Source: Phyllobates terribilis
Lineage: Eukaryota
Length of the DNA: 64,000 bases
Reading direction: 5' to 3'
Assembly: GCF_046119375.1 (NCBI RefSeq)
Contig: NW_027362761.1
Coordinates: forward strand, 303,118,001-303,182,000
Part shown: positions 45,491 to 59,413 of the stretch, one piece after another
Layout: each line of letters begins with the position of its first letter
Numbering within the stretch: position 1 is the stretch's first letter
Made by a program: the position numbers and the translations under genes
Notes under the pieces: generated by a model
Databases searched by the model: none
What the model was told of the DNA's origin: nothing
Seen by the model: only the letters and a program-made list of their open reading frames with translations

Positions 45491-47222
45491 TTAGTAGTGC
45501 AAGGAAGTATGGTGCCTTCTGAAGCATTCTTTCATGCACAGTTCAGGTTTGTCGGGGCAGGTGTCGCATTGGTAAGTGATGTCCTTGCGTATTCCCCTTT
45601 TGGAACACACTCGGCACCTCTTTTGTGACTTACCTTTTTTTTCTGTTTGAGGGACCTCTCCTGGGAAATGCTGGCCTGGTACAAGTCGAGGTCCTTCAGT
45701 TCCGGAAGTATTCGGGCCCCCTCCGTCACCGCTGCCATATATCAGGGCCTTGACGACTACCTCCTGGAAGTGAAGATACGACGTAGAAGTTTGGCCTGCA
45801 CATTGTGACAGAAGGAAAGCGTTGTGCATTGCCATCTGAACGATGTGCATGGCCAGCTTCTTATACCATACCTTGGCCTTTCTCACAGCACTGAAAGGAT
45901 GGAGGACTTGATCAGAGAGATCAACTCCCCCCATGTACTTGTTGTACCCCACTACACAGTCTGGTTTGACGACCTGTGTAGTGGAACCTCGTACAGTGCT
46001 GAGGGTGCTGCCATCACCATGGGTGGTGGTCAAGAGAAGAACATCCCTCTTGTCATTGTACTTGACCACCAACAGGTGGTCGCTACATTGGGCTCTGCTC
46101 TCACCCCTTGTGAGCAGCTGCCCAATTAGCGTCTTTGGGAGGCCTCTCTGATTTTTGCGGACAGTACCGCAGGCTGCGGTACATCACGCAGAGAGGGACT
46201 TGAAGACCGGGACGCTTGTATAAAAGTTATCCACGTAGAGGTGATAACCTTTATCCAGCAGTGGGAGCACCAAATCCCACACAATTTTCCCACTCACTCC
46301 CAGGACAAGGGGGGGGGCATTAAGGAGGTTGAATCCGGGAGTCCTTCCCTTCATAAACTCTAAACTTGTGAGTGTACTCTGAGGTATTCTCACACAGTTT
46401 ATACAGCTTGATTCCATACCTGGCCCTCTTACTGGGCAGGTACTGCCGGAATCTAAGCCGCCCCTTAAAATGGATTAAGGACTCATCCACGCAGATGTCC
46501 CTTTGGGGCACGTACACTTCAGCAAACTTGTTGAAGTGCTCGATGACCAGCCAAACTTTGAAAAGACAATCAAAGTTCGAGTCATCGCGTGCAGGACACC
46601 TTGCATTATCGTTGTAATGCAAGAACTTGTGGATGGCCTCAAAACGTTTCCGGGTCATGACCATTCGGAACACTGGAGTGTTATACAAAACATCAACACT
46701 CCAGTATTGCCGAAGTTCTGGCTTCTTCAGGATCCTCATATGAAGGACCAGGCCCCAAAACTTCATAATTTCTTCTGCGTCTACAGGAGACCAGTTAGAA
46801 AATGAGGAAGAGGGGTTTTGTTCCAAAAATTGATGAGTATACAAATTAATTTGGCCCACCATGAGGTTTACAAAATCCTCAGAGAAAAAGACTTTGAAAA
46901 AGTCTGTTTCTGTGAGGCCGGTGGTGTCAAACTTGATTTCTGATTCCGGCAAGAAAAGAGGAATCAGTGGCTCATAATTTTTGGGGGGTGAGGTCCATAC
47001 TGGATCATTAGTGGGGGGCGCTGGTTCATCTTCTCTCCTGGGGCGACTGTGTGGTGGTCCAGCAGCACCTGCGGAGGAAGAGGAGGAGGAAGAAGAAAAG
47101 GAGGAAGACAAGGAATCAGAAAAATAAAGAAAGGTGGGATCCTCGCCCTCGCTGTCAGTGTCGGAGGCAAGGAAAGCATATGCTTCCTCCGCTGAATAGC
47201 GAGTTTGGGATGAACGGGACAT
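45491..47222 (-). pseudogene. piggyBac transposase with premature stops and at least one frameshift
   Basis: ATG 47222; DICVDES, YVDNFYTS, GGVDLSDQ and C-terminal CRVC...CDTC...LC...CF..HH; stops at 46320-46322 and 46184-46186. Confidence 0.93.
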
Positions 47223-50001
47223 TTTTTATATGTGGTGCGTGTGTGTCAGTACTTTATTTAGAGTGTGTGTGTGTGTGTGTCAGTGTGCTTGGTGTGAACT
47301 TTTTTTTTTTCTGGAAAAAAAAAGAACAACGGTATGTGGTGCAAACAGCGAGCATGAGTGCGAATCGGTGAACTATGTCACCAATCAACTCTCGGCAGCG
47401 GCTGGGTGTGCGCGCGGATGTGGTGCAAATGAGGGGGAGTGTAAAACTGCGAGCACGAGTGCGGATCAGTGTTCGGTGGTCACTAATTAGCGCTCAGCCG
47501 CTGCAGAAAGCGCGAAAAAAAAAATGGACAACAGTCGAGCAATTAAGTGCTGATCAAATAATGATCAGCACTTGGTGGCAGAAAGGCAGATGGGAATTGG
47601 GGAAGGAGGAGAGGGGAGAGAGGGGGATTGGGGGTGGATGATGATGGATCAAAAAATCCTACTTACAGTTGTCTTCTGTCAGATGTCTTCTGTCAGATGT
47701 CTTCTGTAGCAGGAGCTGCAATTGTGGTGTCACAGGCTTCTGTGGAGCACAATAGGACAGTATGACCACCCTCTACAAAAAAAAAGGTTAGTGGAAAAAA
47801 AGTGTAAAGTAGCAAGCGCAAGTGCTGATCGGTGATTTGCGTCACTGATCAACGTTCAGCGGCTGCTGGATGCACGCACGGAGGTGGAGCAAAGTGGGAA
47901 GGGGGGAGAAAAAATGGACAGTGACAAAAAAAGTCCTGGAAAACAGCGAGCACAGACGTTGATCAGTGAAGTAGTCACTGGTCAGCACTCGGCTGCTGCA
48001 GGAAGCACGAAAAAAAATGCTCGGTGGCAGAAAAAGGGAATGGGGAGGGCGGTAAAAGAGAGGTGGGAGGGGGGATAAAATGAAGGAGGGGAGGGGGGTT
48101 GGGGTGGATGAGGGGAGATCAGAGATGGACTTACCAAAGTCTTCTCTGTTCTTTTTTCAGCAGGATCAAGAGCAGGCTCAGGAGCAGGAACAGGGTCAGT
48201 AGCAGGATCAGCAGCAGGAGCCCAGCAGCAAAAGGAGACCGAAGACCGGAGTAGGAGATCCAGGACACCGCAGCAGGACTGGAGCAGGACACCGGAGCAG
48301 CAGCAGGACAACGAAGCAGGAGATCCAGAAGACCGGAGCAGGTAGGAGAAAGGTCTTGTAGTGTCACAGAAAATTCTGTGGCACTACAAGGCCCAGCACA
48401 GTGCAGATCAGATGTGACCACTCTGTAGAAATCCTCACTAAGCGTGAGGATATGCAGGGCGGTCACAGGGGGGGTGATAGGGTGGTGACAGCCAGGTCAC
48501 AGGCCGGTCACCACCCGGTCACCTCCTGGTCAGGTACTCTGATTGGTGCGATCGATGATGACATCGATCGCACCAATCAGAGATGGCTGGGGCCTGGGCA
48601 GCATTACTTTGGGTCATGGAGAGGTGACCGGCAGGTCACCTGTGGTCAGGAACTCTGATTGGAGAGATCAGTGTCATCATCGATCGCTCCAATCAGAGGT
48701 GGCTGGGGCCTGGATATACACCACAGGGGGTCATGGGGCGGTGAAAGGCAGGTCACAAGCCGGTCACCACCCCGTGACCGCCCTGTCACCGCTCAGTCGC
48801 ACTATGAGCGGTGCGATCGATGTGATCGGCGCGATTGATGTGATCGGCGATCGCACTTATCATAGCGGGTTGGGGAGAGGGCTGGGGTCTCTAGGTAGCA
48901 GCCTAGGATCGGTGCTCTTAGGAGCACCGATCCTAGGCTGCACATCACTGTTTCCGGCAATCTGACTGCCGGAAACAGTGAGAAATGCTGTGATTGGCTG
49001 TTCAGAATTGAACAGCTAATCACAGCGATCGTGGTAGCAGGGGGGGGGCGGTGACACCCCCCGGGATGACAGCGCCATCTACCGGAAGTTGGCACTGGAA
49101 ATTTAATGCAATCACTGCAACTTTGGTCGTGGGACCGCATTAAAGATCGTGCGTAATAGTACGTAGCTGGCCCTATAGGCCCAGTGCGCAGCTACGTACT
49201 ATTATTGAACAAGGTCGGAAAGGGGTTAAATTTATACTTTAAATTTGGAAGGATGCAGATACTCTACTTTGGTAACATCTGTATTTTTGCCTAATTTACC
49301 TAGTTAACATTTAAGATAATGTCTATTACAATGCCCTCAGGACTCAATAATTCTAACACATACTTTTTCAGGGGTATTACAAATTCAAAACACAATCCCA
49401 CAGTCACCATTCATCTGGGACGAATATAATTGACTGGAAGATCCAGACAATCAATTGGTAATGGTATTTCACTGGTATAACACTTGTTATACTGAACTAC
49501 ATGCAGTGTCAGGCTCATAGTGTCTCTGGTACGTTACATTAAACTGTGTACCGGACCCTAAAACTCAACATAAAAAGTAATCTACAGCTTCCAGCTTCTC
49601 CTTATGGCTTATACAAGCACTTGCTATTTTTCATGTCTGCTTCTTTAGTAATCTTTTGACATTTTGGGGGAACATTAGAAACATTTACTGGGTTAGGGGA
49701 CCGTCCCAGTTGGGTGCAAGTGAGATCGCTGTAACGCTTTTTTTTATCAAAATGGTGTTGACTAAGTACCCTATGTTACATTTACTGTTTACTTACTGCA
49801 GGGTATTTGCTCCTTTTGTTTTTATCTTAGGTTTTGTCTGTTAAATGGACACAGTGTGAATGTGCACCTACATTGCACTTATGCCAACATATATTTCAGC
49901 TCATTTCTTTGGTTTTGCTTTAGGCTGCCATACAGTTATGGGCTCAACTTACAATAGTTTTAAAATGGAAGCAATTTATTTTATAACTTGTGGGACCTCT
50001 A

Positions 50002-51570
50002 CAGTCATGGCCAAAAGTATTGAGAATGAGACAAATAGTAATTTTTCCAAAGTTTACTGCTTCATTTTTTGTAATGGCAATTTGCATATACTCCTGAATG
50101 TCAAAGAGTGATCAGCTTAACAGCAATTACTGTACTTGCAAAGTCAATATTTGCCCAGAAAATAAAATTTAACCCCCAAAACACATTTCAACATCATTGC
50201 AGTCCTGCCTTAAAAGGTGCAGCTAACATCGTTTTAGTGATTGATCCATTAACACAGGTGTGGTGTTGATGAGGACAGGGCTGGCGATCAATCAGTCATG
50301 ATTAAGTAAGAATAACATCACTGGACACTTTAAAAGGAGGCTGGTTCTTGGTATCATTGTTTCTCTTCAGTTAACCATGGTTATCTCTAAAGAAACACGT
50401 GCAGCCATCATTGCACTGCACAAAAATGGCCTAACAGGGAAGAGTATCGCAGCTACAAAGATTGCACCTCAGTCAACAATCTATCGCATCATCAAGAACT
50501 TCAAGGAGAGAGCTTCCATTGTTGTCAAAAAGGCTCCAGGGCGCCCAAGAAAGACCAGCAAGCGCCAGGACCGTATCTTAAAACTGTTTCAGCTGCGGGA
50601 TCGGACTACCAGCAGTGCCGAGCTTGCTCAGGAATGGCAGCAGGCTGGTGTGAGTGCTTCTGCACGCACTGTGAGGCGGAGACTCTTTGAGCAAGGGCTG
50701 GTTTCAAGGAGGGCAGCAAAGAAGCCACTTCTCTCCAGAAAAAACATCAGAGACCGACGGATATTCTGCAAAAGGTACAGGGAGTGGACTGCTGAGGACT
50801 GGGGCAAAGTCATTTTCTCTGATGAATCCCCTTTTCGATTGTTTGGGACATCTGGAAAACAGCTTATTCGGAGAAGAAGAGGTGAGCGCTACCACCAGTC
50901 TTGTCTCATGCCAACTGTAAAGCATCCTGAAACCATTCATGTGTGGGGTTGCTTCTCAGCCAAGGGAATCGGCTCACTCACAGTCTTGCCTAAAAACACA
51001 GCCATGAATAAAGAATGGTACCAGAATGTCTTCCAAGAGCAACTTCTCCCAACCGTCCAAGAGCAGTTTGGCGCCTAACAATGCCTTTTCCAGCATGATG
51101 GAGCACCTTGCCATAAAGCAAAGGTGATAACTAAATGGCTCATGGAACAAAACATAGAGATTTTGGGTCCATGGCCTGGAAACTCCCCAGATCTTAATCC
51201 CATTGAGAACTTGTGGTCAATCATCAAGAGACGGGTGGACAAACAAAAACCAACAAATTCTGGCAAAATGCAAGCATTGATTATGCAAGAATGGACTGCT
51301 ATCAGTCAGGATTTGGTCCAAAAGTTGATTGAGAGCATGCCAGGGAGAATTACAGAGGTCTTGAAGAAGAAGGGGCAACACTGCAAATATTGACTTGCTG
51401 CATTAACTCATTCTAACTGTCAATATAACCTATTGGTACTCATAATATGATTGCAATTATATTTCTGTATGTGATATAAACATCAGACAAACACTAATAA
51501 AAACCAGAGGCCAGCAGATCATGTGAAAATATAATTTTGGTGTCATTCTCAAAACTTATGGCCATGACTG
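50002..51570 (+). mobile_element. Tc1/mariner DD35E (Traveler-type) transposon, 1569 bp
   Basis: TA-CAGTCATGGCCA...TGGCCATGACTG-TA with TIRs of about 28 bp. Confidence 0.92.
50377..51393 (+). pseudogene. DD35E transposase interrupted by a single in-frame TAA (51076-51078)
   Basis: 50377-51078 and 51124-51393 are in one frame; FSDES, QHDGAPCH and [12 protein letters not shown], with 35 residues between D and E. Confidence 0.9.
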
Positions 51571-52341
51571 TATAGTCTATAATGTGTTTATTCTACGACA
51601 TCCAACCAAAAGGGTCAGCAGCAATGTGCAATGTCAGTCCCAAATCTAATTGTTTCTGCTGCTCATATACAGTAGAAGCTAATATTTGCTCTTTGTGGTT
51701 TAATAAGACTAATGCAACTTACCTATAAATCATAGGTTAAATCAAGCACTAAATTAATATTTCTGGTATATGATCATTGACTTATCTTGTTTATCGTTTG
51801 AGTTCAGGGTCAACTTTTTTTTACTTTTATTCCTGATGTTTTCTGATATTTATTCAACATTAAAAATAAATATATAAAGATTGACCCAAGTATTAGTTAC
51901 AATACTGATCAAAATGTGTATTTGATCTTTATGCGATAATTATAAACTATTTTGCTCAACCGATTAAAATCAAAGTGTGGTTAAACCCTTTGCAAATTAC
52001 CTTTGAAATACAGCTTGTTTTTGAGTCATGGACTTCTGCTATTCAGAAATGAGGATGCGCAGAATGAGCCATATTCCCAGTGTCTATGTGATTGGTCCTA
52101 TTGAAGTGCTGGGAGATATGCTAACTTAATTATTTATTCAGACTGTGTTGTGTCTCTTTATATAAATGTTAGTGTGAGCAATAGGATGGCTACAAAGACA
52201 TTTCTTATAGTTTTACAATTTTGCAGTGTATATGGAAAAAATTCTCTCATCAGTACTCATCGATAAATTAATTATTCTGTTCAAGATATCCTATTCAATA
52301 GGGAATGATTAAATATATTATACACATTGCCCCAACATTAA

Positions 52342-52645
52342 TGGGATTTTCTGGGCCGAGAAGAAGAGTCCGCAGTCACTCTATGTGACTGCAGACTGCT
52401 GAATCATGGCAGTGTGTGAAGTGCAAGTGACTGCAAGAATGTGATTTGTATAGTCACTGTCGCATGCCGACAAGACTGTTCTCCACGAGGAGCAAGGAGG
52501 GTCTAGTCGACGCATGACTGCTTGTATGCAAATCCTATACATGAGGTCACATGACCACCCACTCACAGGGGAAATACAGGTGAATCATGACAGTGTACAC
52601 GTCGCACACTACCATCACATAGGGTGACTGCAGACTCTTTTCAAT
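52342..52645. mobile_element. Decayed MITE related to 28629-29486
   Basis: Shares GCAGTCACTCTATGTGACTGCAGAC arms and GTGACTGCAAG core motifs; ends approximate. Confidence 0.5.
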
Positions 52646-54899
52646 TAAAATAGTATAAAACTGGATTGCTATAGAGGATTTATACTGTGTTACTCCAAAT
52701 ATAGATATATTATTACATAATAATATAATAATTTATTAGCATTATTATTATTTTAATTATATCATAGTTGTTTGGTTGGTATTAAGTCACAGAATTACAA
52801 ATAAGAAAGCACAGAAAGTCAGCAGAGTCAATTTTATGATTTTAAAAGTACAAGGATGCTTATGGTTTATATAAGCACTCATGTAACAATGTTAAAAAAA
52901 ATCATCTTAAGATTGACGCAGCAGCAAGTAAAGAGAAAAATAGCTTCAGGCTCTAGAAAATACCCCTGCAAGCTTTGTCCATTATCAGGCTTGTCCGCTG
53001 ATACTGACTTTTCTTTCTGTTCTGCTTTCTTTATCATTTCTAATAGTCTTTGAAGACTACAGTGATCTCCTTCATGAGTTCTAAAGTATATCTAATACCT
53101 AGAAGTTCTAATCTCCAGTGTACCAGTGTTATAGTATTATGGCTTAAAGAGTCTATCATACAGACATATAACAGAAAAATAGACAAGGAGCTTTCAATAA
53201 TTTTGCTGCAAGAAATGGATTTAATATGTGGGAAAAACATAAATACAAAAGGAAGACAAATGTAACTTTCAGTATATATGAAAATGATAAATAAAAGTAG
53301 ACATTAAATAGAAATCAATAAGGAATATTTTTAAGTTATACAATAATATTAAAACGTCAAAATGCTTTGCATTGCACTATTGAAAAAAAAAGGAAATATT
53401 TGCACCGCACACATTAGTTTAAAAGCCACTAAATAGACTTATGGAAATTTTAAATGCCATTTTACAGTGCCAATTATATTGAGACAAACTATCATTAATG
53501 GATTCATTTGGTCACCACACAATTTTCATATTGATGGCAGCACATTTTCTGATTTGAGATATGTTAACAGGAACAATGATGTGTCCCCAATTTCTGTCCC
53601 ATGAAAAAGATGCCCACATGGGAGTGGTGGCTCCATTTTGAATTTCTTATAAAACATTCTCTCCTAAGTAAACTAATCCAAAGATAAAGTAACAAGTGAA
53701 TAAATAAATGTGCATATTCAGTGGAGTTACATTTAAAACTGATCAATGAACAATGTTTCATATTAAGAATTATCATAGGGCCATGGCCAGCGCGCAATGT
53801 GAGCAGATGTGCTACCAGCAAGCTTGGTACACACATCCTAATTTAATCCCTTATGTGCCCTCAATCTGTTGATAACTAAGAGTCAAAACTTACTGCCTCT
53901 AGCTTTTTTATTCTTTTCTCATGGTTGCCAGCCTTTAATATGCAAGCGGAAAGATGAGCAAAGGAATGGAGTAAGACATCCAAGATGGTGTTGGACAGAC
54001 AGAACCGATAAAGTCAAAGAAGGTGGTAGAGCGGCAAAAAGTGGCTGCCATCAGTCTGTACAGATTTTCCAGATCCCTGTTAGTCGTGGCAGAAGAGGAC
54101 CTTGAGACCTATTATATCCCGGGTGATCTGGATATACATCATCCTTCAACTGCTATTACCTCTTGTGGATCAGGACCTACAGGGTGAGCCTCCAGTTTGT
54201 GCTCCGATCAATGTAGCCCCTGTGAATGAGCAGGATAATGACAAACCCACTATTATGGACATTATGGTTGCTGTTGGTCATTGCAATAATGCGCTATCAT
54301 CTCTGGCGTTGAAAGTGGGCGATATTAAAGAGGACATTTCTAAGATGCGACATTATATCCATAAAGTCCCAGAAAGAATGACAAGTCTTTAAGAGTGGGT
54401 CAGTGATATAGAGGATGCTCTTCTCCCCAGTAGGCAGGACGTACAGCAATGTACTAAAATGCTGGATGAAATTTGCATGAAACAATAGGATTTGGAAAAT
54501 CATCTATGTAGGAACAATAGGTTGGTCGGGATTCTGTAGAAAACAGAAAGCTCGAATTCTTCAAATCCTGGATAATAGATTCCTTTGAAAAAGTGGTCTT
54601 AACTAGAGATGAGCGGTGTTCGACTAGAACTGTTCGCCAATCTCAAATTCGAGCTGTTTTGGGCGGTGTTCGAGTTGTTCGACGAGCCCGAACGATTTGC
54701 AAAAAATTCGGCTGTTCGAGGTTATGTTCGATAACTGTTCGTGCACCAAAAGCGTGTCCTGCATGTCTGGCGCTATTTAGAGCACCAATCATGCAGGGAT
54801 TGTCTGCCACTCATTGTAATGCCACAGCCATGGTAGTTGTGGCATTAGAGTGATTGCCCAAATCGATGGGAACAGTGCTCACAGTGAAACATGAAAAGC

Positions 54900-55470
54900 C
54901 GGCAATTCATCAGCGGCATACACCGGTACCCGACAATTTAGAACAGAAAGAATAGAGAATCACACATAGATTAGATAGATAGAAACATGTCAGTCACATA
55001 TATAAGAAGTACAGTGACAGTGTTGATTACTGTACTTGTCATTTAGTGTAAAGGATTTATTAAAAAAAATATTAGTGTTTTCATGCACCGTCTCTTTAAA
55101 AAAGCCGGCCAGCAATTCAGCAGCGGTACCCGACAATTTAGAATAGAAGGAATAGAGAATCACACATAGATTAGATAGATAGAAACATGTCAGTCACATA
55201 TATAAGAAGTACAGTGACAGTGTTGATTACTGTACTTGCCATTTAGTGTAAAGGATTTATTAAAAAAAATATTAGTGTTTTCATGCACCGTCTCTTTAAA
55301 AAAGCCGGCCGGCAATTCAGCAGCGGTACCCGACAATTTAGAATGGAAGGAATAGAGAATCACACATAGATTAGATAGATAGAAACATGTCAGTCACATA
55401 TATATGAAGTACAGAGACAGTGTTGATTACTGTACTTGTCATTTAGTGTTAAAATAAAGGATTTATTTAA
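54900..55470. repeat. About three tandem 200-bp units inside the hAT element
   Basis: GCAATTCA anchor at 54902, 55112 and 55312. Confidence 0.9.
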
Positions 55471-56803
55471 AAAAAATTGGCGTGGGGTTCCCCATAATTT
55501 TAGGCTCTAGCGGAGGTTAAGCAGACAGCTGGGGCAGATGTTTGAAGCCTGGGAAGGGGTAATACCCACGGAGCTTCCCAGGCTACTAATTTCAGCCCCC
55601 AGCTGAATGCCTAGCCTTTACTAGCTATTAAAATGGGGGACCCCCCAAAAAATTGACGTGGGGTCAATCCCCTATTTTAATAGCTAACAAAGGCTAGGCA
55701 GACAGCTGGGGGCTGATATTAATAGCCCAGGAAGGGTGCCATGAATATTGGCCCCCTCCCAGGCTAGAAACACCAGCCGTCAGCCGCCCCAGAAATGGCA
55801 CATCCATAGGATGCGCCAATTCTGGCACTTAGCCTCGCTCTTCCCACTGCCCTGTAGCGGTGGCAGTGGGGTAATAGGGCTGGGGTTGATGTCAGCTTAT
55901 AATGCCAGCTGACATCAAGCCCAGGTTACTAATGGAGAGGCGTCTATAAGACACCCCCATTACTAACCCCATAGTCAAAGTTAAAAAAAAACACAAACAC
56001 CCAGAATAAAGTCCTTTAATTGAAATAAAGACACAATTCTTTATTGTTCTAAATTAAACCATACTTACAATCACGCCCATTCCAGCCGAAGCCAACGATC
56101 CCCTGCAATAAAAGAAAAATAATAAAGCAACATAATCCTTACCTTTCCATGGTTCCCACGACAGCTTCAGCTCTGCTACATCGAGATGACAGGCTGGACC
56201 GCAGCAGAAAGCTGCCATCCAGCCTGTCATCCCGCAGACACTGAGAAGCGTAGGCTTGCTTGCGCTCCTCAGCGTCTCTCTGTGACGGCATCCAGATGAG
56301 CCGAGTTCATGTCCAATGAACTCGGCTCACCTCATGCACATCACTGACAGCGTGGGAAAATTCTCACGCTGAAGCGCTGAGTGCAGGAGAATTCTCCCAC
56401 GCTGTCAGTGACGTGCATGAGGTGAGCTCATGTCCAATTTTTTTGAAATAATTTAAAAAAAAATACGTGGGGCTTCGCCCTATTTTTGTGTCCAGCCAGG
56501 TACAACTAGGCAGCTGGGGGCTGGAATCTGCAGCGTAGGGAGGCCCAAGCTTTCTGGGCCCCCCCAGCTGCAAATTGCAGTCCGCAGCCACCCCGGAAAA
56601 TGGCGCGTTCATAGAAGAGCCATCTTCTGGCGCTGTACCCAACTCATCCAGGGCCCTGGTGCGGTGGCAAACTGGGTAATAAAGGGGTTAGGGCCAGCTT
56701 GGTATTATCAGCTAGCCCTAAGCCCAAAATTCATGGGGTCACGCCAGTATTAGACATGACCGCCATGAATTTCTAGTAAAGTATTTAAAAAAAACACAAC
56801 ACC

Positions 56804-57706
56804 CAGAATAAAGTCCTTTAATTGAAATAAACACACAATTCTTTATTGTTCTAAATTAAACCATACTTACCATCACGCCCATTCCAGCTGAAGCCAACGA
56901 TCTCCTGCAATAAAAGAAAAATAATAAACCAACATCATCCTTACCTTTCCATGGTTCCCACGACAGCTTCAGCTCTGCTACATCGAGATGACAGGCTGGA
57001 CCGCAGCAGAACGCTGCCATCCAGCCTGTCATCCCGCAGACACTGAGAAGAGCAGGCTTGCTTGCGCTCCTCAGTGTCTCGCTGTGACGGCATCCAGATG
57101 AGCCGAGGTCATGACTAATGAACTCGGCTCACCTCATGCACGTCACTGACAGCGTGGGAAAATTCTCACGCTGAAGCGCTGAGAGCAGGAGAATTCTCCC
57201 ACGCTGTCAGTGACGTGCATGAGGTGAGCTCATGTCCAATGAACTCAGCTCACCTCATGCACGTCACTGACAGCGTGGGAAAATTCTCCTGCACTCAGCG
57301 CTTCAGCGTGAGAATTCTCCCACGCTGAAGCGCTGAGTGCAGGAGAATTTTCCCACGCTGTCAGTGACGTGCATGAGGTGAGCCGAGTTCATTGGACATG
57401 ACCTCGGCTCATCTGGATGCCGTCACAACGAGACACTGAGGAGCGCAAGCAAGCCTGCTCTTCTCAGTGTCTGCGGGTTGACAGGCTGGATGGCAGCGTT
57501 CTGCTGCGGTCCAGCCTGTCATCTCGATGTAGCAGAGCTGGAGCTGTCCTGGGAACCATGGAAAGGTAAGGATGATGTTGGTTTATTATTTTATTTTTAT
57601 TGCAGGAGATCATTGGCTTCAGCTGGAATGGGCGTGACGGTAAGTATGGTTTAATTTAGAACAATAAAGAATTGTGTGTTTATTTCAATTAAAGGATTTT
57701 ATTCTG
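56804..57706. repeat. About 0.9-kb near-perfect inverted repeat (foldback) inside the hAT element
   Basis: CAGAATAAAGTCCTTTAATTGAAATAAACACACAATTC at 56804 is mirrored at the 57706 end; the centre consists of nested palindromes. Confidence 0.9.
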
Positions 57707-59413
57707 CGTGTTCGACTGTTCGACGAACAGTTCCTCGAACATCCCGGTGTTCGACGAACCGAACCGAACCCGAACACTACGGGGTGGCTCAACACTAGTC
57801 TTAACCTCGCCGTTCACAGTAGAGAGAGCACACCATGTTACAACTAGACCATTGCCTCATGGTGGCCCTCCTTGCTCAGTTCTATTTAAGTTGCTTCACT
57901 TCAGAGACTGTGACATCATATTGAAAAAAACGAGAGACAACCCTGAGCTCAGCATTGATGGCCCCAGGTTTTTTCTGTTTCCAGATTACTCTGCAAAGGT
58001 GCAGAAAAGGAGAGTACTGTTCATTGATATCAAAAAGCAACTGAGAGCATTAAAAGTTCCCTACTCCATGCTTTATCCAGCCCGGCTGCTTATGGCACCA
58101 TTGAATTCTACAGTATGTACATCTTTGACTCCTCTAAGGATGCACTATTCTGGCTGGATCATAATGAGAAAAAAAATCAGTGTACAGGACAATAATGGCT
58201 GATAGTACTTGCAAAACTGTTTGTAAATAGATCACATTACGGTTTCCTCCTAGCTAAGCTCCTCAGGGGTTTTGTAAGTTGTTTTGTTGCTTTATGTTAG
58301 GTAACTCTGCAATATTCTCTTGAGAAAGGGATTGTTTTTAAAGGATTGCTGGCCATGGGTTGCTGCTGAAATTTAATGTTTTTCTACTTTTCACTATCTG
58401 CCAGCCTCTTCCTATTGTGGCCATATACATTTCACAATACCTACCTTTTGAGGTGGTTACTCGGCCCTCTAGGTGACCTATTGCATCATTAGTTTTTATC
58501 CCTAGTCTTTCTGGGAGTCTTTCCTGAGGCAAGGTCTTATAGGTTATATCTTGGGTTATTATTTTTTACTTTATTGTTTTGAAAATGAGAAATTTGAAAT
58601 GCTGGATCTTTGTGCTTATGTCTAATAACTACAGTACAGTGGTGTCCTTGGTATGCTTGTATTTTATACCTACTGCACTACTTCAGTTGTTCTTTAGTAT
58701 TAACAAATGGCTAACATAGTCACTCTAATACCCTGGAATATTTTTGGGTTGGAGACCCCAATAAGAAACAAACCATGTTTGACTACTGTATATAAGGGCA
58801 TTTCAATGAATTATTATTCTTTTCGTGCAGGAAACCCACTCCACCGGAGATAAAACACATCAGATTAGTCCTGAATGAGTAAGACAGGAATATCACTTTA
58901 CTTATTCATCATATTCCAGGGGAGCTTGCATACGCTCATACATTATAATATCACATTTGTATTTCTTGCTAAGTAAATTGATGGGAAGGGCAAATATGTA
59001 TGTCTTTTGGGGAAACTGTATAATGCCCTAAGTATTATTTCTGCTGTTTATCTACTCCCTCCGTATTCTCGAGAGGTGCTATAGAAGATTCTCCTATTTT
59101 ACACCAAAGCCCTCAACTGCCCTCTTCTTCTTCTTCAAGAATATAATAAGATGATTAATAACTCCCTACATAGATCTTCCAGAAACTTGGCTGCACTAAT
59201 ATTTTTAACCCCCTTTGGGAGGTTCTTGAAAGAAATAGAGCTCCAAGATTTGAGTCATATTCATCGGGATCGGCTGCTGTATTCTTGATACTCCCTAGTA
59301 CACTGTTCACACTCCCACATCGCTCTCATAGTAGGTAACTATCTGTATGACTAAAGAGAGTAGATTATATGGTCCATTGTTTTTCAGATCACTCAAAGGT
59401 GAGGGCAGTACTA

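Larger units (their letters stand above)
43287..49225 (-). mobile_element. piggyBac (PGBD4-like) element, copy 2, 5939 bp, defective, inverted relative to copy 1
   Basis: TCAA (mutated TTAA) at 43283-43286 and TTAA at 49226-49229; CCCCTTT...AAAGGGG termini; colinear with copy 1. Confidence 0.92.
54604..57797. mobile_element. Non-autonomous hAT-type element, 3194 bp, no coding capacity
   Basis: 8-bp TSD GTCTTAAC at 54596-54603 and 57798-57805; TAGAGATGAGC / GCTCAACACTA termini; subterminal GTTCG/CGAAC repeats. Confidence 0.92.

Noticed and set aside
57566-57605. Apparent GT-AG mini-intron in the hAT foldback arm
   Set aside because: At 40 nt it is below the usual vertebrate minimum intron size, so only the donors were kept as a finding.
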